DNA of 64,000 nucleotides, taken from the NCBI RefSeq assembly GCF_036588685.1, contig NC_086379.1, positions 37,448,001 through 37,512,000 of the forward strand, read 5' to 3'. A model generated the notes under the pieces. That model did not search any database, was not told the origin of the DNA, and saw nothing but the letters and a program-made list of their open reading frames with translations. Below are positions 1 through 9,249 of this stretch, piece by piece. The translations under genes were made by a program, and so were the position numbers. This DNA is from Mytilus trossulus (taxonomy: Eukaryota). Every line of letters starts with the position of its first letter. Position 1 is the stretch's first letter.

Positions 1-306
1 ATAGGCAAGAATGAGAAAAGCAACTTAACAAGATTTCAATTAGACAGTGGAGCAACATGCAATATAATCACTGCAAGAACATTGAAAGAGCTTGATATTA
101 ACCAATTACAGAAAACAAGTCAAATACTGACAATGTACAACAATACCACAATAAAACCGATAGGAACATGCATTCTAAAATTGGTGAATCCAAAGAACAA
201 TGATAAGTTCAAGGCAGAATTTGTAGTAGTAAAAGATGGCACTTTGACTCCGTTGTTAGGTAGCAAAGCAGTGCAAGCTATGAATTTGGTAACTGTAAAT
301 TTTTAA
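1..306 (+). pseudogene. Retrotransposon aspartic protease region, cut off from RT by a stop and a frameshift
   Basis: Frame 1 reads RFQLDSGATCNII (DSG catalytic motif) to PLLGSKAVQAMNLV, then TAA at 304-306. The RT ORF at 354 is in a different frame. Confidence 0.88.
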
Positions 307-353
307 AACATTAAAGCAGTGCACTTTTTAAACACCTTTCAAAAGAAACCGTT

Positions 354-3086
354 ATGAAGGAATATGCAGACATATTTGAAGGGACTGGTAAATTGCAAGG
401 AAAATATCATTTAGAATTGGACAATACTGCAAATCCTGTAGTACATCCGCCAAGAAAAGTACCTGTCGCTATTAAAGAGAAGCTTAAATCCGAATTGGAA
501 AGACTGACAAAGTTAGAAATTATAAAACCAGTTTCAACGCCAACTCCGTGGGTTTCAAGTTTGGTTACTGTCGTAAAACCAGACAAACTTCGGATATGCA
601 TTGATCCGAAGCATTTGAACCAGCAGTTGAAAAGAAGTCATTATCCGCTACCAACTATCGATGATTTACTACCAGAACTGAGTAGAGCGAAGGTTTTTAG
701 TGTCGTTGATGCTAAGAATGGATTTTGGCACGTAGAATTGGACGAAGAAAGCTCGTTGTTGACAACATTCAACACACCGTTCGGACGCTACAGATGGTTG
801 CGAATGCCGTTCGGTTTATCTTCTGCACCAGAAGAATATCAAAGAAGGCAAGACCAAACAGTTGAAGGTTTGCCAGGCGTACGAAGCATAGTAGATGATA
901 TTCTTATATATGGCGAAGGCGATACAGAAGAAGAAGCCATTGATGACCACGATAGGAAATTTCGGGCTTTAATGGAACGTTGTCGGGAAAGAAACTTAAA
1001 ACTTAACAAAGAAAAGTTGAAGTTAAAATTGAAGGAAGTTCGATTTATAGGACATTTAGTCACCAGCGAAGGTTTGAAGCCGGATCCAGAAAAGATTCGA
1101 GCCGTAATTGATATGCCAAAACCGACAAATGTTTCCGGAGTAAGAAGAATTATTGGATTTGTAACATATCTAAGTAAGTTCTTACCAAAACTTAGCGACA
1201 TTTGCGAGCCACTTCGAAAGCTAACTTTGAAGGACTCCGAATTTTGTTGGATTGAAAATCATGATAAAGCACTTGAAGAAATCAAAAGGCTAGTGACTGC
1301 TGAGCCAGTTTTAAAATATTATGATCCTAAACTACAGCTAACAGTTCAAAGCGATGCTTCACAAACTGGACTTGGTGCTGCAGTTATGCAAGAAGACAGA
1401 CCAGTTGCATATGCGAGTAGAGCTCTCACTGATACCGAAACAAGGTATGCTCAGATAGAGAAGGAACTATTATCAGTCATTTTCGGACTTGAAAAATTTC
1501 ACTCGTATACATATGGTAGAACAGTAAATGTAATATCTGATCATAAACCTCTCGAATCAATCATGAAAAAGCCACTTCATGCTGCACCAAAGCGTTTACA
1601 ACGTATGCTTTTACGTTTACAAAAGTACGACATAATCCTGCAATACAGACCAGGAAAGGAGATGTACTTAGCCGATACTTTAAGTAGAGCGTACTTAAAA
1701 GAGACTTCAGATTCAAGTAACACAACAGACGAAATCGAAAGTATCAACATGATAGATGAGTTGCCGATATCTGAAGAGCGAATTTCTGAACTTCAAGAAC
1801 ATACTAGGAAGGATCAACAAATGCAAGAACTGAAAGAAGTTATTCAGGAAGGATGGCCGAGTAACAAATGGAATGTACCATCGAATGTATCAATATATTT
1901 CGACATTCGAGATGAACTGACATTACAAAATGGTCTATTATTCAAAGGAGAGAGAGTTATTATTCCTAAATCTCTAAGAACTGTTATGATTAAAAAGATT
2001 CATTCATCACATATAGGAATAGAAGGTTGCTTACGTAGAGCACGTGAAAGTCTTTATTGGCCGGGAATGAACGCCGAAGTAAAAGATTATATACAGAGAT
2101 GCGAAACATGTCGAACATTCGAACGTAAACAACAGAAAGAGACACTTATATCACACGAAATACCAAGTCGTCCATGGTCAAAAGTAGGAATCGATATAAT
2201 GACATTTCAATGTAAGAACTATCTAGTGACAGTAGATTATTATTCTAACTACTGGGAAGTCGATTATCTTGAAGATACTCTTGCGCTAACAGTAATCAGA
2301 AAACTCAGAGCTCAGTTTGCAAGGCACGGTATACCCGATGTGTGTTTTACAGACAACGGTCCACAATTTGACTGTGGAGAGTTTAGAAAATTTAGCAGAC
2401 TTTGGGAATTTAAACATGACACTTCTTCTCCATTGTATGCTCAAAGCAATGGAAAAGTTGAACAAACAGTACAAACAGTAAAAAGGTTAATGAAGAAATC
2501 AAAATTTGACAAAAAGGATCCATATTTAGCATTTCTTGATTTTAGAAATACACCAACCGAGGGTTTTGACAATAGTCCAGCTGAAAAACTTATGAACAGA
2601 AAGACTAGAACACTTTTACCAACGAAAGAAAGTCTTCTGAAACCGAAAGTGATTACTCCGAATAAAGTACAAACAGAATTAACAAAACAAAAACAGAAGC
2701 AACAATTCTATTACAATCAAGGAACAAAAGATTTACCGATGTTAAAGAATGGAGATGCCGTAAGAATACAACCGTCAAACTTCAACAAAGAGTGGAAGAA
2801 AGGAACTATCAAACAACAGGTCAACCTCAGATCGTACGAAGTTGATGTTGGATCGCGAACCATACGTAGAAATCGTCGTCAACTTAAACACACACTAGAA
2901 GAAGATAACAATGAACCTATAGAAATTGAAAGAGACAATTCCGACTTTGAACATGGAGAAATAAACAATCAAGACAATCTTGAAAATGCGACAGAAATCG
3001 AAAATGCGAAAGAAACACCGATTATGACACGATCAGGAAGAGTTGTAAAACCACCAGCACGATTTAAGGATTTTGTGTGTGATTAG
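354..3086 (+). CDS. pol: Gypsy Pol: reverse transcriptase, RNase H, integrase (910 aa open frame)
   Basis: RT motifs LRICIDP, VDAKNGFWH, RMPFGL, IVDD. RNase H motifs SDAS, YAQIEKELL, SDHKPL. Integrase HHCC (HSSH...CETC) and D-D-E (GIDIM, TDNGPQF, SNGKVE). C-terminal TRSGRVVKPPARF. Confidence 0.95.
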   Translation: MKEYADIFEGTGKLQGKYHLELDNTANPVVHPPRKVPVAIKEKLKSELERLTKLEIIKPVSTPTPWVSSLVTVVKPDKLRICIDPKHLNQQLKRSHYPLPTIDDLLPELSRAKVFSVVDAKNGFWHVELDEESSLLTTFNTPFGRYRWLRMPFGLSSAPEEYQRRQDQTVEGLPGVRSIVDDILIYGEGDTEEEAIDDHDRKFRALMERCRERNLKLNKEKLKLKLKEVRFIGHLVTSEGLKPDPEKIRAVIDMPKPTNVSGVRRIIGFVTYLSKFLPKLSDICEPLRKLTLKDSEFCWIENHDKALEEIKRLVTAEPVLKYYDPKLQLTVQSDASQTGLGAAVMQEDRPVAYASRALTDTETRYAQIEKELLSVIFGLEKFHSYTYGRTVNVISDHKPLESIMKKPLHAAPKRLQRMLLRLQKYDIILQYRPGKEMYLADTLSRAYLKETSDSSNTTDEIESINMIDELPISEERISELQEHTRKDQQMQELKEVIQEGWPSNKWNVPSNVSIYFDIRDELTLQNGLLFKGERVIIPKSLRTVMIKKIHSSHIGIEGCLRRARESLYWPGMNAEVKDYIQRCETCRTFERKQQKETLISHEIPSRPWSKVGIDIMTFQCKNYLVTVDYYSNYWEVDYLEDTLALTVIRKLRAQFARHGIPDVCFTDNGPQFDCGEFRKFSRLWEFKHDTSSPLYAQSNGKVEQTVQTVKRLMKKSKFDKKDPYLAFLDFRNTPTEGFDNSPAEKLMNRKTRTLLPTKESLLKPKVITPNKVQTELTKQKQKQQFYYNQGTKDLPMLKNGDAVRIQPSNFNKEWKKGTIKQQVNLRSYEVDVGSRTIRRNRRQLKHTLEEDNNEPIEIERDNSDFEHGEINNQDNLENATEIENAKETPIMTRSGRVVKPPARFKDFVCD

Positions 3087-3374
3087 ATCACAAGTGCGCG
3101 CAGGGCATAATAATCCCTGAAGTGATCTCGTGTAAATAATGTAACATAATTATATACCCGTCTATTAGAGAAGTAGTGTTTTCAAACAATCGCTAGGATA
3201 TGTTTTATGTATGCAAAACAATCATTATGACAATATCTTTGACTTTAACTTCGCATTTAGACATTAAATTTCCTAAGTGTTGAATATGATTTTATTTGGT
3301 AAAACAAATTTTATGTATGACTTTAATTGGTAAAATAACTTTTATGTAATTATTTTTATTTAAAGAAGAAGGGA

Positions 3375-3566
3375 TGTGACAATACTATTAATATTTCAAT
3401 ATCAGAACTCAGTCAGAATTAATTTAGATATACCTGCACAACCAAAATGTATTAATAGATTGCTGACATAGCATGCGCACACACTCTCTTGTTATCATGT
3501 AGCTAATTAAATATGTAGACTGAAACTGCCTTTGTGTTCATCGCCTCACACCATTCCGAAACAACA
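3375..3566 (+). repeat. 3' LTR (192 bp)
   Basis: Starts TGTGAC right after the PPT, ends ACAACA, and contains ATTAAA. The 5' LTR is not in the window, so the right boundary is inferred from the TG..CA rule. Confidence 0.75.
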
Positions 3567-3931
3567 TTTATTTTCTAATTATTGTGCTGATTATATATGT
3601 GATTATACTTTAAACATTGTTTTGTGATATTTTTGTGTAATATGTAATATATCTGTTGTAGAAGGGTCTAAAAACAGCACAAACAACATTTTCCAAAAGA
3701 CCAAAAAAGTGAAAAAGTATATTTAAACAAAACGCATTTGACTAACAGGTCGAACAACTGATGTTCTTTAACCCTGCTGACTGCCATTGACGATTGCCAA
3801 ATAAAATTGATCACAAGATGTAATAACTAACTGGATCTGAATATAAATTTAATACGTCACAGAAAAAAAAAATGTTAACTTGTGGCTACGATGTATTGCC
3901 ACAAACATTCGGTGTCAATATTTCTTTAGTA

Positions 3932-3973
3932 CACCAGATCTAGATTTCGACAATATATGTCTCTTCAGTGATG
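3932..3973 (-). ncRNA. Minimal type I hammerhead ribozyme, copy 1
   Basis: Minus strand reads CATCA-CTGAAGA-GACA-tatat-TGTC-GAA-ATCTAGAT-C-TGGTG: intact CUGANGA/GAAA/UH core, stems I and II, palindromic stem III. Confidence 0.85.
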
Positions 3974-4484
3974 TTAGGGATCGAAACGGTATTTGGAAGG
4001 CCATATAATTTACTCTCAATTTAAGATTGACTCTTGAATTTTAAGAGACAATATATAGGATGAACGGATCATATAAACCGGAGGGAAAACATGATACATG
4101 CCCAAACAAAAAAATATAAACGAGTCTAAATTGAAAACTACGTTCAAACCTATGATTGCGTTGGATAAAAACCGCAATTTTTATACGTGTGCATGTCAAA
4201 CAAATTTCGTTGTAGAAGGGTCTAAAAACAGCACAAACAACATTTTCCAAAAGACCAAAAAAGTGAAAAAGTATATTTAAACAAAACGCATTTGACTAAC
4301 AGGTCGAACAACTGATGTTCTTTAACCCTGCTGACTGCCATTGACGATTGCCAAATAAAATTGATCACAAGATGTAATAACTAACTGGATCTGAATATAA
4401 ATTTAATACGTCACAGAAAAAAAAATGTTAACTTGTGGCTACGATGTATTGCCACAAACATTCGGTGTCAATATTTCTTTAGTA

Positions 4485-4526
4485 CACCAGATCTAGATTT
4501 CGACAATATATGTCTCTTCAGTGATG
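4485..4526 (-). ncRNA. Minimal type I hammerhead ribozyme, copy 2
   Basis: Identical to copy 1, 553 nt away on the same strand. Confidence 0.85.
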
Positions 4527-4664
4527 TTAGGGATCGAAACGGTATTTGGAAGGCCATATAATTTACTCTATCGTTCATCCTATATATTGTCTCTTAAAAT
4601 TCAAGAGTCAATCTTAAATTGAGAGTAAATTATATGGCCTTCCAAATACCGTTTCGATCCCTAA

Positions 4665-4706
4665 CATCACTGAAGAGACATATATTGTCGAAATCTAGAT
4701 CTGGTG
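4665..4706 (+). ncRNA. Minimal type I hammerhead ribozyme, copy 3 (inverted unit)
   Basis: catca CTGAAGA gaca tatat tgtc GAAA tctaga TC tggtg; predicted cleavage after C4701. Confidence 0.85.
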
Positions 4707-5470
4707 TACTAAAGAAATATTGACACCGAATGTTTGTGGCAATACATCGTAGCCACAAGTTAACATTTTTTTTTTCTGTGACGTATTAAATTTATATTCA
4801 GATCCAGTTAGTTATTACATCTTGTGATCAATTTTATTTGGCAATCGTCAATGGCAGTCAGCAGGGTTAAAGAACATCAGTTGTTCGACCTGTTAGTCAA
4901 ATGCGTTTTGTTTAAATATACTTTTTCACTTTTTTGGTCTTTTGGAAAATGTTGTTTGTGCTGTTTTTAGACCCTTCTACAACGAAATTTGTTTGACATG
5001 CACACGTATAAAAATTGCGGTTTTTATCCAACGCAATCATAGGTTTGAACGTAGTTTTCAATTTAGACTCGTATATATCTGTTGTATATATATATGTTGA
5101 AGAATTGAATAAAGATAAACAATAAAATTAGTTTAGATAGATTGAATATACAAACTTTATTCAAACGGACTAAGATTACTTATAAATGTCACAATTAAAC
5201 CAACTCACAAGATTCTAGTTGATGACAAAATGAAAACAATGATTGGTCTTAATTGAACAATAATATATAATTATAATGTAAACTGGTTCGCTTTCATTAT
5301 ATATGTTTAGATTGTTTCAACGTTATTACATTTGGTATCCAACTTCAATCAGTAAATACACTAGTAATATAAGTGGTACGCATTCTGAAACCCAAGCAAA
5401 ATTGCTCCTGCTACAAATGTACGATATATAAGTATGTCAATTTTAAAATTCTACATGAAATCAGTTCATA

Positions 5471-5547
5471 GCCGTGATCGTCTAGTCGTTCGTACTGAAA
5501 GACACAACTTTGATACCAACAGTACCAAGTTCAACCCTAGGACCGGG
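5471..5547 (+). repeat. Degenerate tRNA-like / SINE-head motif
   Basis: A-box-like TCGTCTAGTCG at 5478-5488 and B-box-like AGTTCAACCC at 5528-5537. No cloverleaf. Confidence 0.35.
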
Positions 5548-6046
5548 AATATCTTTTTTTTATTTTACTGTTTTTCTCTACCAACATATTTGTTTGAATC
5601 TGAGAGGTATATATATTTCATTTTTCATAACAAGTTGACAATTTTGTTTCTGGTTTTAGAGTCAAAGAAGTAGTTTTACAGTTGTAGCTTATCACAATTT
5701 ATTCACATTAGAGACAGTTAAATGTTGATGTATATTTGGACCATTTATAATCAAAATAACAAAAAGTGATGGTATGATAGCATTATAATACTAATTCCAA
5801 AAGTAAGAATTTGCTATGATGAAAAGGCGAAGGCCTTGTACGTTAAAAGTGATAAATGTAATGTGTCCATGGGTGTTTATTTTATAAAGGGACTGTACTG
5901 ATAAGTCATACTTACAATTCCTTGATTGTATGGTGTTATTTATTCTATTATATATAAAAAAAAAAAAAAAAAAGACAGAAATACAGTTTATTGACATGTA
6001 TTGACAAATATACGCTTTAAGAGTGATATTAAAATATTCTTTTTGA

Positions 6047-6130
6047 GCGCTCGTGGTCTAGTGGTATCATGCATAGACTACAAACTTCACTGACGAAAAT
6101 GTGCGCGGGTTCGAACCTTTTCATCTGTCA
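6047..6130 (+). repeat. tRNA-derived SINE-head-like motif with Pol III A and B boxes
   Basis: A box TGGTCTAGTGG at 6054-6064 and B box GGTTCGAACC at 6108-6117. The acceptor stem cannot be formed. Confidence 0.45.
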
Positions 6131-6864
6131 CTCGTTTTTGAGAGGATTACATTTCGTAAGTTAAAAGCTCAAAGTTATGACATCAGTTATCTTATGGTCA
6201 GTGGATTCTTAAAAAATAATCCACTGTTAGAACAATAGACTGACGTCAGAGAAATGGGTTAATTATCAATTGATATAGATGAAAGCTTGACCTTATCATC
6301 AGAATGATTCCATTTCATCATCAATAGTACACTGAGCAAACATCATCATTAATTATATCCATATTTCATATTGATTTGTCAAATACATTATTGGCATGAT
6401 ATGATAAAGTTTTTGTCTTTTATATAACTGTTAAATTCAGCGTTGATTGCACGTCCACCGGTGTAATCATTACACAGCCATGTAATACTTCAATGGAAGC
6501 GAATGTGTTATCACCAGTTCATTATTACACGCTAAATGTCTCAAAATAAAGTCATCTTTGACTTATCTTATATCACTTTGTTTATACAACAGAAGTATTC
6601 TTGTGAAGTAAAAATTCTGTTCTTTCCACAACGTCTGATAACACTTGTGATATCTATAGGGATTCGTATTGCTTTCGATTTAGTGCTCAGATTTTTTGTT
6701 GTTTACTTTACCTCATTTTTTTTTGTATCAAAAAAGGTTTTGTACACGGCAAGTGCATTGTTTTAACAAGTTTCCCTCAGTTTTAGTTTGTAACCCGGAT
6801 TAATTTCTTTTCTCAATCGATTTATGAATTTCGAACAGCGGTACACTACTGTTGCCTTTATTTG

Positions 6865-7450
6865 ACATTGGAAAAGGATTTCTAATATTTAACATTTTAA
6901 AAGTCTTCCTCGTATCTTGACGTACATGAGGTCCGGATTAAAAACAAAATATAACGGCAAAATTTACGAAAAAGCTATAAAAATGAGAACTTTTAATGTT
7001 TACCTTGCAACATTGCAACTGCATATGGAGTATATACCTCCCAGTTGATACAATATTCCAGCGCTTACATTCCTTATCATGATTCATTGAAAGAAGGTTG
7101 CTGCTAACAAGGAAGCGATTAAACCAAGAGTTCAAAGTGGTGAAATTGAACTCGATTATAATTGGATGGCATTACGAGTCGGTTGATCGTTATCAAAATG
7201 TCTGTGTCACAGATGATAACGGATAAGTTTCAGTTCTCGAAACAAAAGTTCCGTCCCCTTGTAGACTTATAACCGGATTTGTCTTACATCATGGGGCATA
7301 ACAAAAGCCACGAGTGGAGCAGGAACTGACTACCCTTCTGGCGGACGCGAGATCATCCGGTTTTGTGTGGGTTCGTTTTACTCAGTTTTTAGTTTTCTGT
7401 GTTGTGTTTTTGTACTATTCTTTTTTTTTTTTTTTATTTGCCATGCATTG
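6865..7450 (+). mobile_element. Decayed Penelope-like element: RT C-terminus plus 3' tail
   Basis: Broken frames read KSSSYLDVH, AYGVYTSQLIQYS and RRLLLTRKRLNQEF, matching Penelope RT C-terminal motifs. The tail (gtggagcagga...gggttcgt...tttagttttct) recurs at ~39562-39800 and ~52190-52398. Confidence 0.7.
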
Positions 7451-8300
7451 TCATAAAATTGAGAATGGGAATGGGGAATGTGTCAAAGAGACAACAACCC
7501 GACCAAATAAAAAAACAACAGCAGAAGGTCACCAACAGGTCTTCAATGTAGCGAGAAATTCCCGCACCCGGAGGCGTCCTACAGCTGGCCCCTAAACAAA
7601 TATATACTAGTTCAGTGATAATGAACGCCATACTAATTTCCAAATTGTACACAAGAAACTAAAATTAAAATAATACAAGACTAACAAAGGCCAGAGGCTC
7701 CTGACTTGGGACAGGCGCAAAAATGCGGCGGGGTTAAACATGTTTGTGAGATCTTAACCCTCCCCCTATACTTCTAACCAATGTAGAAAAGTAAATGCAT
7801 AACAATACGCACATTAAAATTCAGTTCAAGAGAAGTCCGAGTCTGATGTCAGAAGATGTACCCAAAGAAAATAAACAAAATGACAATAATACATAAATAA
7901 CAACAGACTACTAGCAGTTAACTGACATGCCAGCTCCAGACTTCAATTAAACTGACTGAAAGATTATGATTTCATCATATGAACATCAGGCACAATCCTT
8001 CCCGTTAGGGGTTTAGTATCATACCATCATAACATATATGAGAAGAACATAACCCGTGTCATGCCAACAACTGTTTTTAGAATAAATGTGTTTAGTTCCG
8101 ACGCATAACCTTATCAGTGACTCAATATTAACGCCAAAATATGCAATCTTTAATGACTTGACAACAGTATCGTAATTATATCCCTTCTTAATAAGTCTAT
8201 TCAAAGGTTTTGTAAGTTTCTGAGGTGAATACTGACACCTTTGTGCTTTATACAGAATATTTCCATAAAAAAAATGGATGTGAAATACCTGAACGTATAA
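7451..8300 (-). mobile_element. 3' end of an abundant Penelope-like retroelement (second family)
   Basis: Minus-strand FYGNILYKAQRCQYSPQKLTKPLNRLIKKGYNYDTVVKSLKIAYFG resembles PLE RT C-termini. It is followed by ~650 bp ending ...cattctcaattttat, which is repeated elsewhere in the window. Confidence 0.65.
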
Positions 8301-9249
8301 GAAGTCTTGTTTTGTCTCAGTTTGTTTTCGACTTGAGTTTGAATATCCTTTTGGAATTTTGCCTCTCTTTAACAAAATTGGTTAGGTACTATATTTGGCT
8401 GATAAACATATGTCTTTATATACATTTCAATATTATAAAATTTAATTTACCATTATTCATAGACATGTTTTTTTAGATAAGTTTTATAATGTAAACTAGA
8501 ATTGTTAAAATGACTTAAAATACGGTTTGATACTTTGTTTATCAGGATAAACCGCATGCATTCAAATTTATTAAATGGATCACGTTATCTTCATTGCATT
8601 GAATATCAATTACTTGATCAACGGGTCAATCTTAACGTCAAATTGTATGGCTTTAGTTTATGTAACCACGTGAAGAAGAAAAACACAGAATAATACAGTT
8701 TCACAAGGCAATGAAATGAGAACATTTATTTTGTTTCTATGAACAACAGTTACCATGGCAACAGGACACGAAGTTGGAAAATTCAAGTTTTTGCATTGTT
8801 CTGATGTGCAAGAGTTACAACCCAACAGACAATAGAAGATCAAATCCCATGATTTTAGAGCAACAGCACATGGCTGCTATGTAAATGTAAACAAATACTA
8901 TGATACATTATAATGCAGCTTATATTAGCATTACTGTGGTATTAAATGAGCAAAATAAATTAGTCAGAAGTTAGCAAAAATCACCAAATATTTTTTTTTT
9001 TAAATATCGATTCATAGATAACAGTCGTGCAAGTAAATGGATAAAAAGACTTTGTCACCTTTTCCTCAATAAATGATTTAAGTTGATGAAGCATAATGAT
9101 AATGCATTATATATTTCAGTTGTCATAGTAACATAACCAAAAAATTATGAAATTATAACTTTTTCAAAGGTTTTTCAACTTTCTTTATTTTGAATGCCTC
9201 AATAATCAAGCAAACATATAACTGTTATATTTACAAATATGTAAATAGT

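Larger units (their letters stand above)
1..3566 (+). mobile_element. Ty3/Gypsy LTR retrotransposon (Mag/K02A2.6-like), 3' portion; the 5' part lies outside the window
   Basis: Domain order PR-RT-RH-IN. Polypurine tract AAAGAAGAAGGGA at 3362-3374 is followed directly by a TGT...ACA-bounded segment at 3375-3566. Confidence 0.95.
3661..5072. mobile_element. Non-coding Penelope pseudo-LTR / retrozyme-like insertion: two tandem units plus one inverted unit, 14-bp TSD
   Basis: Near-identical direct copies at ~3655-4066 and ~4120-4569 (period 553) and an inverted copy at ~4572-5072. ATATATCTGTTGTA flanks both sides (3647-3660, 5073-5086). Each unit has a hammerhead motif. Confidence 0.8.

Noticed and set aside
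4041-4280. Short ORFs repeated at 26821-27084 (ESKLKTTFKPM..., ENVVCAVFRPF...)
   Set aside because: The identity comes from the shared repeat unit; the starts differ between copies and there is no domain signal.
6047-6130. Functional tRNA gene
   Set aside because: A and B boxes are present, but no acceptor or anticodon stems can be formed.
7314-7652. ORFs containing KIENGNGECVKETTTRP, also at 22014-22238 and 29498-29714
   Set aside because: Translations of a non-coding repeat tail; the frames are not preserved across copies.
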